Origin: Saccharolobus islandicus REY15A
GTDB lineage: Archaea; Thermoproteota; Thermoprotei_A; Sulfolobales; Sulfolobaceae
Assembly: GCF_000189555.1 (NCBI RefSeq)
Contig: NC_017276.1
Strand: one strand, 5' to 3'
DNA: 64,000 nucleotides
Under the pieces are notes generated by a model. The model was not told the DNA's origin and searched no databases. It was given only the letters and a program-made list of their open reading frames with translations. A program made the position numbers and the translations under genes. Shown one piece after another: positions 1 to 9,968 of the stretch (the stretch's first letter is position 1; each line of letters starts with the position of its first letter).

Positions 1-175
1 AGAAGCGTTAAATTAAAAGTAAGTTTCACGTAGTTTCGATAAAATTGAAATAATTTATAAGGTAGAACCTAAATAGATAAGCCCTCCCCTCAATCACCAC
101 GTGGGTTGAAAGTGCCTACGTGGCAATGTTAGCTGAGACTGTGTTTCAAGTTTGATCGAAAGATTTATTACTTAG
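1..175 (+). mobile_element. IS110-family (ISC1190-like) 3' end remnant
   Basis: GAACCTAAATAG (EPK*) followed by ~100 bp similar to 4880-4985, which follows an IS110 transposase C-terminus; hairpin at 97-123. Confidence 0.55.
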
Positions 176-210
176 CTCCACAATCTGCTTTCAATTAAAT
201 ACAAATATTG

Positions 211-858
211 TTATATAAATGTCAAAGCAATCCTACCCAAAATAGTTTTTCTACACGTTTTAGGCCTAGTCTTTGTACACTCCAAAAATCCCTCCTCTTC
301 CATTTCACTAACTTGTTTTGAAATAGTTGATAAAGTTTTTTGAAGCCTATCAGCCATTATGCTAATCTCAATGGAGTTCTCGAACTTAAACAGTTTCAAG
401 ATCTCAGCCTCACTATCAGTTAGCCTTCTAGGAATTTCCACTGGCAATTCGTACTTTTTGGACATATCCTCTGTATAATTGAAAACCCTAACGTTTAGCC
501 CAAACCTTTTAGCTAGCATTGCGTAATAGTACAAGACGAAGTTAATTATCCTCATCCCACCAATCAAGTAAAACTCCAAGTTATTTTTACCAGATAATTC
601 ATTGGCAACTTCATGGAGGACTTCTGCGAAGTCCTTGTTAACGTCAACGTACTTCCACTTATACTTCACGTTTATAATATCTAAAAACTTCTTCACGTCA
701 TTTAATGCATTATCTGCTTGCTTCCTCCTAAAATCGTCAATGTTAAACACTCCAATGAGAACTACCTCATCAATGTTATCCCTTCCCCTTTCCGTTATAC
801 TTCTAACTATGTACTCTGAGGTAAAGCCTAATCCAAATACTAGTGTATTCCCTTCCAC
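211..858 (-). CDS. csa3: Csa3-like CARF + winged-HTH transcriptional regulator (no CRISPR locus in window)
   Basis: N-terminal GLGFTSEYIVR and IGGMRI CARF motifs; C-terminal LTDSEAEIL...TLSTISKQVSEMEEEG wHTH; GTG start. Confidence 0.8.
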   Translation of the reverse strand: MEGNTLVFGLGFTSEYIVRSITERGRDNIDEVVLIGVFNIDDFRRKQADNALNDVKKFLDIINVKYKWKYVDVNKDFAEVLHEVANELSGKNNLEFYLIGGMRIINFVLYYYAMLAKRFGLNVRVFNYTEDMSKKYELPVEIPRRLTDSEAEILKLFKFENSIEISIMADRLQKTLSTISKQVSEMEEEGFLECTKTRPKTCRKTILGRIALTFI

Positions 859-977
859 AGATATATTATTTTATAATAAGTTATAAGTTTGACGAAATGT
901 GAAAAATTAAGGCGTAGTATTTGCGCCATAAGTTCTCTCTTTTGATTGTATAAAGTCGTTACTGTTGTTATAGTCTG

Positions 978-1007
978 TAACACTTTTACGTAACTACTCG
1001 TTATTTT
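978..1007. repeat. 30-bp direct repeat, copy 1
   Basis: TAACACTTTTACGTAACTACTCGTTATTTT matches 1567-1596 at 27/30. Confidence 0.7.
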
Positions 1008-1112
1008 TAATCATTTCTAATCCCCTTAATGTTATTAAGTAAGCCGATGCCATATGCCTATTAAAACCCTTATCCTCTCCTTAATTCTCGCATCCTTCTC
1101 TTCCTCATAAGC

Positions 1113-1415
1113 TTGAACCAAATCTTGCATTGTTCAATTTGGAAATACCAGTCTATAAACTTTTCGGAAATATTAACGGTGCCCAGAAGTATTGGATGGG
1201 GATTATTGGTTACACTTCCTATAATTATGATAATCTACTGTTTTTATCCAGATCATTACTTGTTATATGATATCGTTCTAGACGGAATTTTAGTAGGCCC
1301 TTCTCACATGCTATTAGACGTATTCACAGAAAGGGAATTTATGTTAAGAGGAATGGGAAGTGGAAAAGATTCGCTCTAACACACTTCTCCTATGATAATC
1401 CTGCATTAAAAGAGG
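1113..1415 (+). pseudogene. Sulfolobus DUF1286-like membrane metal-dependent hydrolase fragment, frameshifted
   Basis: GPSHMLLDVFTE motif; a shifted frame continues KRNGKWKRFALTHFSYDNP; no proper N-terminus. Confidence 0.5.
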
Positions 1416-1566
1416 TTAGAGATCATGATCAAGATAATAAGTGAGACCACAAGAGAATATGATGCTAGAAGAGTTGCATTTAGCACAGAAATCCCTAGGA
1501 TATAAGAAAACGTAACCGCAGGACTTGCACTTAATGTAAGGAAGTTTTTCCTTCTTCATAAGACTA

Positions 1567-1596
1567 TAACGCTTCTACGTAACTACTAGTTATTTT
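1567..1596. repeat. 30-bp direct repeat, copy 2, containing palindrome TAACTA-C-TAGTTA
   Basis: TAACGCTTCTACGTAACTACTAGTTATTTT. Confidence 0.7.
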
Positions 1597-1780
1597 ATTA
1601 CAGTATTATTTATCATTTTAATAATTATTGAATTTTATCTTAATTTTAAAGTAAATATTTAACGGGAAATTCCACAGCTGTTAATTTAAACCATAACTAT
1701 CTATTAGGTTCATAAGAACCATATTACAACGCTATTAAGCTTTTTAACTGTAGTATCACCAGTTACTGTAGTGACTACAG

Positions 1781-2851
1781 TTGTTATTCGATCTTCACCC
1801 TAAGCAGAATAGAGAAGAATTATTCGGAAGGGACTATGAAATAGAATATGTTATAAACCAGATACTCTCGGGAAACTGGGTTATAATAGGCGGTCAAAGA
1901 GAAATAGGTAAAACTAGCCTAATGAAAGTTGTTATTAACGAGCTTAGAAAAAAGTATGGTTTTAAAGGGATTTATGTAAGTTTAAGGGGAGTTAGAAGCT
2001 TAAATTCTTTATTAAATTTAATAATTTTAGAATTAAACAAGAGTAAAACTCAGATAAATTTAAGAGTTAGTATTAATTTTGTAGTAGGTTCTGCGGGAAT
2101 TGAGTTAAAGAGAAACGCTAAGGCAGCTAATAGTCTAATAGAATTATTTAATTCTATTCAAGAAGACTTTGTTATAGGAATTGATGAGGTTCAAGAAATA
2201 TCTAAGGCTAGTAGGCAATTTTTGGATGTTTTAGGTAACGTTTTTTCAACAAACCCTAAAGTCAAGTTCATCTTTACTGGCTCTTATGTGGGTGTTACAA
2301 AGACTCTAATTAACCCATCTGCTTCATCTCCCCTTCATGGTAGGCCACCAACCTTACTTAACCTTAAACCTTTTAATGAAAAGTTATCTAAGGGCTTTTT
2401 AAGGAAGGGAATGGAGGAACTTAACGTTAGTTTCGATAAAGAAGATGAAGTTGTAAAAAAGCTAGATGGAATAGTAGGCTGGTTAACACTATTCGGTAAT
2501 TTTTATGCTATAAGAAGGATGGACTTTAAAGAAGCCTTAAACTTAACGCTAGAAGAGGGAAAGAAGATAATGATAGAAGAATTTAATCATTTCTTAGAGA
2601 GCAAAACAAATAAGCAACTTTATCTTACAGTCATGGAAACTCTCAAGTTTGTAAACAGATGGAAAGACATAAAGAGAGGCGTTGAAATAAAGATGGGAAA
2701 AGTAGATGATAAGGAATTAAGCTTAGCTTTAGATGCTTTAATTAATAGTAATTTCGTAACTAAAGGAGAAAGGAGAGAGTATACAATCACAGATCCTATA
2801 TTAAAGGAGATCGATTTCGAAAAGCTTTCATCTCGAAATACGTTTATTTAA
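1781..2851 (+). CDS. Archaeal AAA-type ATPase (ATPase_2 family) with C-terminal wHTH
   Basis: MLFDLHPK...LFGR N-terminus; Walker A GQREIGKTS; Walker B IGIDEVQE; C-terminal YTITDPIL. Confidence 0.9.
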   Translation: MLFDLHPKQNREELFGRDYEIEYVINQILSGNWVIIGGQREIGKTSLMKVVINELRKKYGFKGIYVSLRGVRSLNSLLNLIILELNKSKTQINLRVSINFVVGSAGIELKRNAKAANSLIELFNSIQEDFVIGIDEVQEISKASRQFLDVLGNVFSTNPKVKFIFTGSYVGVTKTLINPSASSPLHGRPPTLLNLKPFNEKLSKGFLRKGMEELNVSFDKEDEVVKKLDGIVGWLTLFGNFYAIRRMDFKEALNLTLEEGKKIMIEEFNHFLESKTNKQLYLTVMETLKFVNRWKDIKRGVEIKMGKVDDKELSLALDALINSNFVTKGERREYTITDPILKEIDFEKLSSRNTFI

Positions 2852-3166
2852 GTTAAGATGCGCTTAAACTCTATTTAGCTTATTTTTCTAAACTAGGGAC
2901 TACTTCAAAATAATGAAAGCCTTATCAATTCTAAGATTAACTCAGTTTTGTATAATCATAATGATAAAATCTCTTTTTATTGGTAATCTTAATAAAGTGT
3001 TTAGAAAACAATTATAACTTTAATAATGAAACTTGACACTTCTGATCAAAGAATAATCACGTTTTTGTCTTTCTCTAAATAGTAGTAAATCTGATAGTTT
3101 TCTAGCTTTTTAATGGTAGCGATTTTAAACGGAAAAAAGGCTAATGATTTTTCGAAAACACTAACG

Positions 3167-3403
3167 TTAAGTTACTGTAAAGTACCCTAAGACAGTCTGG
3201 TTGAAATAGTCAACAGCTTCTACAGTATAAACCCCAAGTTGAAAGAATGTAAACTTTCCCCCGGATAATGAACTAATAGAGTTTGTTATCCAATACCCGT
3301 TAAGAGAAGCTGAAATTTCAGCATTTAACGTTGCTTGTACTCTTCCGTTGTATATTAATTGTACTTGGTCGCTCAACGGTAATAACTTATTACTGACGTC
3401 CAA
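3167..3403 (-). pseudogene. C-terminal fragment of a secreted/surface beta-rich protein
   Basis: No signal peptide or ATG start; S/T/N/Y-rich ending GVYTVEAVDYFNQTVLGYFTVT. Confidence 0.4.
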
Positions 3404-3494
3404 TTTTTTGTAAGGGCTGGGTAGTTCACTAATACAAGTAATACTTAATATCTGCTAAAAATGATTTTTAAAGCTGGAACTGAATATTATAAAT

Positions 3495-4019
3495 ATGCCA
3501 ATTATAGTCAGGAAGGTTCATAAAAAGGCTGATGGTAGCACTATTTGGATAAGAGTAGGAGAATCACCCCCAGTAATAAAAGATGGAAATGTAATTGATG
3601 GTGGGTTTTTTATAAGAATCGGTGACGATAAAAGTGATAAAATAATTAGATTATCTGACCAAGAAGCTTTAGATATAGCATATAGGATAATAGAGGCTTA
3701 TAGGAGGCATGTTAGGATTTTCACCAAACTGGACGAGCTTTCATATGAACAGTATAAGAAAAGTAAGGAAGTTGTAAAAGATGAAGAAGAGGATGAAGAA
3801 GAAATTGAAAAGATAGAAGAGAAAAGGAATTTAACTCCGGACAAAATTGAGGCTGAATTGATAGATTATTTAACAGCTGCAGGAGGAGAAACAACCTTAG
3901 ATAAGGTTAGAGAAGATTTAGGAGAAGAATATGCTGCATACTTAAGAACGATGAAAAATAAGGGAATAATAATTGAGGGAACCAGAGTTAAATTAGGTAA
4001 AAACTTTAAAAATACTTAG
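3495..4019 (+). CDS. Hypothetical protein (beta-rich N-domain, acidic linker, C-terminal wHTH-like)
   Basis: 174-aa ORF with ATG and upstream AT-rich promoter; EEEDEEE linker. Confidence 0.75.
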   Translation: MPIIVRKVHKKADGSTIWIRVGESPPVIKDGNVIDGGFFIRIGDDKSDKIIRLSDQEALDIAYRIIEAYRRHVRIFTKLDELSYEQYKKSKEVVKDEEEDEEEIEKIEEKRNLTPDKIEAELIDYLTAAGGETTLDKVREDLGEEYAAYLRTMKNKGIIIEGTRVKLGKNFKNT

Positions 4020-4273
4020 ACGATGAGAGTTTCTTCTCATAAAGTCATCTTATTTTTGAAAAGTGTGTAATATATAAGATATTGACTATTGAATAAACAT
4101 TTATATGGAGAATTATAAAAATTTCATTTTGTCGATAGAAATTATTAAGCTATCTGTTATATGTTTGTTTATTACTTAGTGCTAGGGATCGCACTAGTAA
4201 TTCCATAAAGTTCTTATTCGTTTGGATATCATAAAATAAGAAGTAATAATACAAAAACTTACTGGAAGTACTA

Positions 4274-4342
4274 ATGGTTGTTTCACCCGTTAATCCTAAC
4301 GAGTCGCTACACTGCTCACTGAGGCATGTTAGGTTCAAGAGG
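4274..4342 (+). mobile_element. IS1-family ISC796-like transposase C-terminal fragment
   Basis: VVSPVNPNESLHCSLR...RFKR matches the recalled ISC796 C-terminus. Confidence 0.65.
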
Positions 4343-4995
4343 CACTACGTACACGCCTCTAATAGACCTGGGGGAATCGAGAATCTATGGATGTCAATCA
4401 TGTGTTTCTATATATTCTTTGTTGTCATAATACCTTGTTTTCTTTGCATAGTATTAAGTGTTTCGGCCCTAGGGTAATTTGGTTACAACCTCCTACACGG
4501 GGTTTGATCCCCTTAGAGCTTTTGGGCTTATGTTGTTTTTCCCCTTACTTGTTTATTTGTTTTTCTCTTGTAATACTTTGGCTTTTTCGTTCTCTAGTTT
4601 TGTGTGAATTCCCCGTAGGAGGAGAGCTCTACAACCTAGAATATACTCCCTTGGTAATTGAGGAGATCAAAATCTTGGCTAAAAACCTTCTGAGATTCAA
4701 GAGAGGTTAGGAGGATGATTGAGGGGCAAGTTCCTCAAGATCACGTTTTGTTAACGATACCAAGTGTTGGGAGGCTTGCAGCTGGTATTATTATTGGTAT
4801 TGTTGGTAATGTTAAGCGTTTTCCTAGGCCAGAGTCCAAGGATTGTTTGGAGTGTTTGGTATAATAATAGGCCTTATCAGCCTAAATAGGAGATCCCTCC
4901 CCCGAATCTCCACGTGGGTTGAAAGGACTCACGTGGCAATGTTAGCTAATATTATGCTTGAAGTTTGACCGAAAGGTTTATTATTGAACGCCCCC
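4343..4995 (+). mobile_element. Degenerate IS110-family (ISC1190-like) element with right end
   Basis: Fragments VLLTIPSVGRLAAGIIIGIVGNVKRFPRPES and SVWYNNRPYQPK*, then a 3' noncoding end with hairpin 4910-4936. Confidence 0.7.
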
Positions 4996-5624
4996 TTTTC
5001 TGTAATTCTATTGTAATCATCTTGTGGGATTATTGAAGTTATTATTTTAGCTCCTTATTCTTGAGTGTGGACAACAATTTCGTTCATTTGAAATTTAGTT
5101 AAAATTTCCTTAAAGTTGTATCACTTAAACTCTCTGATTCACGATAAAACTTTTGAACATGGTTAAAATTACAATATTATATGTTATTAACTAACAAATC
5201 TTGTGGTGAATTTAAAATAAATTTATACTTTATATAATTTATACTGAATTAAAAAATTGTTGTCCACACTCTTATTCTTTGAGGTTAAAACAGCAGCAAC
5301 GCTCATACTCTTCCTTCCTCCGGCTATATCCAAATAATCACCTCACTCAATTGTTTTTCGATAAATTCTCTAACTCCTTAAGTCATCCTCAGTGTAAATA
5401 TCTTCAATATCAAGTGGATGTTCACTAATTTCTACTTTAGGAAATTTGTCTTGAATACAACATACAAACATAAGTCTTAGCATTTTCCATGCCTTCTTTG
5501 CTTCTGCATTAGATGTAGTTACTACTCTCACTTCATCAACGTTCTCTCCCTTTCTTACTAGGTAAGGAAAAGACTCTATTGCTCTCCATGGTGATGTACC
5601 TAAAGTAGCTACTAGTTTAACCAT
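4996..5624 (-). pseudogene. crn1: CRISPR ring nuclease Crn1 (Sso2081-like CARF), frameshifted, MITE-interrupted, C-terminally truncated
   Basis: MVKLVATLGTSP...VVTTSNAE...MFVCCIQDKFPKVEISEHPLDIEDIY; shifted frames give DYLDIAGGRKSMSVAA and, past the MITE, KIITSIIPQDDYN. Confidence 0.85.
5063..5271. mobile_element. 209-bp MITE with 18-bp TIRs and 8-bp TSD
   Basis: GAGTGTGGACAACAATTT at 5063-5080 and its reverse complement at 5254-5271; TTATTCTT duplicated at 5055-5062 and 5272-5279. Confidence 0.9.
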
Positions 5625-5657
5625 GTTATGAATTAAAATTTAATTAAATATTTACTT

Positions 5658-6161
5658 TTACTGTTTTTTACCTCTACCTCTGAGGAATAGTACTAAACCA
5701 ACTAGCAACACGATTACACCGATAATAGCTAGAAAGAAACCAAGGCCAGTATATAATGCAACGTTTACCAATGAAGACGCTAATTCTTGACTTAAAACGT
5801 ATTTCACTGAAATCGGAGTAGTGAGGTTATTTACCATTATAGTATCGTATTTAGGACTTAATAACGCTATTACATATCCCTTTTCTGCAATTTGTGGTAC
5901 TGATTGGTTTGTCCCATTTATTTCTTGTAATATCTTTAACACTTGTCCAGAGCTCGTATTGTACAGCAATATAGACAACTTAGTGGGGACACCTAAATCT
6001 TGTGATGTCCCCGGTTGTAAAGTAGTTGGAGTTGCTGTACTTATTGAGTTAATCACTTTAATGAGTCCAGATGATGCTAAATATCCTCCAATAAAGAACA
6101 GTGCAATGCCAACTATTAGTATTATTACCCCTACTATCAGAACTGTTTTACCTATAGCCAT
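5658..6161 (-). CDS. Membrane protein (N- and C-terminal TM helices)
   Basis: 167 aa; hydrophobic termini around a soluble loop. Confidence 0.75.
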   Translation of the reverse strand: MAIGKTVLIVGVIILIVGIALFFIGGYLASSGLIKVINSISTATPTTLQPGTSQDLGVPTKLSILLYNTSSGQVLKILQEINGTNQSVPQIAEKGYVIALLSPKYDTIMVNNLTTPISVKYVLSQELASSLVNVALYTGLGFFLAIIGVIVLLVGLVLFLRGRGKKQ

Positions 6162-6202
6162 AATTTAAAAAGTTAAAGGAAACTATTAAGTCTTTTCAAA
6201 AG

Positions 6203-7132
6203 TTATATCACGTCTAAAGGATTAGTGGACACGAACTCGATATTCTTTATAACGTATTTGCTAGCACTTACACTACCGAAACTCTTTAGCTCCTTATGAA
6301 CCTCGAATATAACTATCGAAGGGTCACCTAATTGATATAAGCTACCAGGATTTATTGCAATAGTATCACCTATTTTATCCATTGAGGTACTTTCATGAAC
6401 GTGACCGTGGAGTGAAATAAGCGGTTTGAATTCGGTAATTAAATCAAGTACTGCTTTTGAACCAACATGAGATTTCCTTAAACCAACCTTTGCGTTATCC
6501 AATTTAGTGTTTAAAGGAGGCATGTGAAAGTTCATAATTAATCTTTCCTTATCAGCATCCTTAAGTAGTGATTTACCCTTTATGTATAATTCAGAGTCTG
6601 GGATTTCCCTATATGAATTTCCTATTGGAGAACCATAACCTAATGAGACTATCTGAATTTCCTCCAGATTTATTATGTTTTCATTGATCGGTTTACCCCC
6701 ATAATTCTTAAGAATAGACTCAAGTTGTAGAATATCACCATGTGCTGAAGACCAAAATACCCTTTCTAAACGAAACACTTCATCTGCTATTTTAACCCAT
6801 CTTGACATTTACTCAGTTACTTTTTCACTAATTACTTTCTCCAATTTACTCTTATCGCTCTTTATATCCTCAATTACCTCCTTCTTATCTATTACTATAT
6901 ATTTCCCAGACCTTAACGCATCTTCATTAAGGTTATTCAAATTAACCTTCTTCCCGTTTAGAAAATACTTTCCTCCAACGTCCTCTACAAACATTATCTC
7001 TTTAGCCATCAATCCCCCACTTACGATGAGAAAGTCGACCTTCCTAGCTTTTGCAATATTTAGTGACCTCTTAAATGAGTACTCTGACCCATGAACATCG
7101 GTAAGGAATCCTATCTTAAATTTAAAGACCAT
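6203..7132 (-). pseudogene. Calcineurin-like metallophosphoesterase split by an in-frame stop
   Basis: LTDVHG in the N-part, LHGHVHE and INPGS in the C-part; in-frame TAA at 6809-6811 directly before ATG 6808. Confidence 0.75.
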
Positions 7133-7261
7133 CTTATCTTAAATTTGCAATTACAAATTAAAAAATTAATTAGTCCTTTTTCTCCTTCTTTTCCATTACT
7201 TCCAGCAAGTAAACCCACGCCAAAAAACAAGGATCCACTTGCTGTTTTTTCTTTCCCTCAC

Positions 7262-8053
7262 TCACTTTGAAACCCTCCTTAGGAAGTTTTTAACTCTTTC
7301 CCATGCGTCTTCAGAGGCCTCTTTATTGTATGAACGTCCCCTATCGTTAAAGAACGCGTGATAAGCTCCGGGATAAATTTTGAGCTCTAAATCCTTCTTA
7401 TACTTTATTACAGCGGAAATTAGATCTGGTAACCCAGCATCTATGGGTGGATCCTCTCCAGCATATAGACCTAATATTGGCCCCTTTATTTTCTGAATTG
7501 TCTCCAATGGCTGGGGATTCCTGCCATAGAAAACTATTGTCCCATCTAATGGTACTTCAGTTGCTAACTGAAATGCTAAACCCCCACCCATACAGAAGCC
7601 CATACTAACTATCTTTTTAACACCTTGTGAGCTTACATACTCATAAGCCTTAATCGCGTCCTTTATCATCTGTTCCTCTGTTTTTTGTCTATTTAAAACC
7701 AACAACTCAGCTACTCTTTTGCCTTTTTCATCTAACGCTGACATTATTTGCTGATAAGAGTTTGGATCATTCCTCTTTTCTGGTGGTATGCTCCATACTT
7801 TCATCATTACGTTCTGGATGTTCTCCTGATTCAGAACGTCCTCATTCCTAGTGTATAATTGTGGAGCAAGTGCCATATAGCCCTCGTTTGCCAACCTTCT
7901 TGAAATGTCTTTTATATTGTCGTTAAGACCCCATATTTCATGTATTACTATCACTGCCAATTTAGGATTTTCTGGAGAAGCTAGGAAAGCCCTTATTTTA
8001 GCCCCCTCTGAATCGTAAAATATTTCCTTTTCCATATTTACCTTTACCGGCAA
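7262..8053 (-). CDS. Dienelactone hydrolase family protein
   Basis: IHEIWG, GFCMGG nucleophile motif, AYHAF. Confidence 0.92.
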   Translation of the reverse strand: MPVKVNMEKEIFYDSEGAKIRAFLASPENPKLAVIVIHEIWGLNDNIKDISRRLANEGYMALAPQLYTRNEDVLNQENIQNVMMKVWSIPPEKRNDPNSYQQIMSALDEKGKRVAELLVLNRQKTEEQMIKDAIKAYEYVSSQGVKKIVSMGFCMGGGLAFQLATEVPLDGTIVFYGRNPQPLETIQKIKGPILGLYAGEDPPIDAGLPDLISAVIKYKKDLELKIYPGAYHAFFNDRGRSYNKEASEDAWERVKNFLRRVSK

Positions 8054-8104
8054 ATGGTTTAAAAGTTAACTATCTATTTTTGTTAGATAAAAAAATAATT
8101 AACT

Positions 8105-9922
8105 TTAAATTAAGCCGGAATATAGCAACAAATCATAAACCATCGCATATGCATCATACGTTCCTGGACCAGTGACGTAGTTCCATCCATAATGGGCTGG
8201 GAATGGATTATTTCCACTAGTTATTGGTATCCAAGCTACCTTACCTACAAAATTACCTAGTGGAGATTCTATTATACCTTGATATGAAATGTGATACAAT
8301 GCAAAGTTGAGTGCACCTAATCTGGTACCCGCTAAGGAAACCATTGCAGCAGTCATAGGTGCTGCTCCACTAGTTCCATACCATACGAACAATTGACCGT
8401 TGAATACTAAAGGTAAACCGAAACCGAATTCTGGAATATTATAACCACCAGCAGATACGAATGCGATATCTGGATAAGTCCTAACTACAGTAGGAGTAAA
8501 TGGAATCAGTGAAGTTATCTCGTAACTTTGTGCTGGATAAACTACGCTATTACCTCCAGTACTATAATCCCAGCCACTTATTTCCACAATACTGCCATTA
8601 GGTGATGCATTAAGGAATACTCCACCAACTGACGTTACATAGGGATCTGACTCAGGGTACCATATAGTATTATATGTTCCTATATGGAAATTAGGAGGAG
8701 GATGATCACTTTCAAATCCCCAATCGCCAGAGGCCGCCAATACGGAAATTCCTTGCGCAGCAGCTTGCATCATTATATTATGAATCATATATAGCATTGC
8801 AGGGTAATAGGCTGCTAGGAAACTTTCTGGAACCGTTACAGAGATTGAAATAACATTAGGATTTATGTAGTTAACCATGTAATAGTACTCATAATAATAG
8901 TTTAGTAAATTGCCCACCAATTGAGGACCACCCACATAACCATTACTGAAGGCTATCGTAACGTTAGCTGCTGGTGCAAAGGCACCAGACCATTCTGCAT
9001 CTAACTCGTTTTCGCCAGATTGGCCTCCAGTTGTAACGTTACCGAAATATATAACGTTTAAATGACCAGTTCTAGGTATACCATAAAGTTGCCAGAACAG
9101 ATAGATATCTGATACATTTATAAAGGACTCAGGAACTCCCTCAATCGCGATATTACTACCGTTGCCGTTGTAACCGTGTTCATAGGCCATGGTAAAGTTG
9201 AAATACTTCCCTATTGTTATTGGTGAAATTATGGCCTTTGAAACTAGTCCACTTTGAGCTTTAACCATATCTAAATGCCACGCTTGTTTTATCACGTTAA
9301 CTACCTTGGGATCTAGACTATCTATCCCAACTACTCCTAATACGTATTTTCCAACGTTGTATGGTAATGAGGGAGTTACATTATTAGAGTAGTAGTAAAA
9401 TGGGCCAATATCCTTAATTCCTAGCAGACCAAACCAGTAGAGGTTCTTAAATGGATAGTAGTAGACGTTAATGTAAGTGTGAAATGCATTCTCTACGCTT
9501 CCCACGGTTCCATTAAATACTAGTATTAGACCATAATTGCCTAAAAATTCTAAGTTATAGGATTTTAGATAGCTTATTAGAGAATTCACATAGGATTTTG
9601 AAGGATAGTAGTACTCTCTAAACTGAGATGGGGTAAGCCATTTATGAAAGTGTGACGCTTGGAGGTAAGTTTCGTTAAGATATAATTGTAGAGAAGGTAA
9701 ACTAGTGAAATTTAAGAGAACTGCTATGTATAGTGGTTGGCTGGTGTTGAGAGGTTCTACAAATTCTGATCCTGGAACTATTGAGTATTGTGGAGAAGAT
9801 GTTTGTATATAGTAATATTGTTCTTGACTTTGCGCTATAGTTGCTAGGAAAGTCGTAGTACTTAGAACTAATATCAGAAGTAACATTAACAACCTTTTTA
9901 ACATTACATTTTCACTTTCCAT
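8105..9922 (-). CDS. Secreted S53 (sedolisin/kumamolisin-like) serine peptidase
   Basis: Signal peptide, pro-domain, ENELDAEW, AASGDWG, GTSGAAP. Confidence 0.9.
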   Translation of the reverse strand: MESENVMLKRLLMLLLILVLSTTTFLATIAQSQEQYYYIQTSSPQYSIVPGSEFVEPLNTSQPLYIAVLLNFTSLPSLQLYLNETYLQASHFHKWLTPSQFREYYYPSKSYVNSLISYLKSYNLEFLGNYGLILVFNGTVGSVENAFHTYINVYYYPFKNLYWFGLLGIKDIGPFYYYSNNVTPSLPYNVGKYVLGVVGIDSLDPKVVNVIKQAWHLDMVKAQSGLVSKAIISPITIGKYFNFTMAYEHGYNGNGSNIAIEGVPESFINVSDIYLFWQLYGIPRTGHLNVIYFGNVTTGGQSGENELDAEWSGAFAPAANVTIAFSNGYVGGPQLVGNLLNYYYEYYYMVNYINPNVISISVTVPESFLAAYYPAMLYMIHNIMMQAAAQGISVLAASGDWGFESDHPPPNFHIGTYNTIWYPESDPYVTSVGGVFLNASPNGSIVEISGWDYSTGGNSVVYPAQSYEITSLIPFTPTVVRTYPDIAFVSAGGYNIPEFGFGLPLVFNGQLFVWYGTSGAAPMTAAMVSLAGTRLGALNFALYHISYQGIIESPLGNFVGKVAWIPITSGNNPFPAHYGWNYVTGPGTYDAYAMVYDLLLYSGLI

Positions 9923-9968
9923 AATATGCTTTATCTATCATTTAATATAAACTTTATTCATATTTCAA

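Noticed and set aside
4250-4345. Possible IS110 left-end non-coding RNA
   Set aside because: It translates to the ISC796 transposase C-terminus (VVSPVNPNES)
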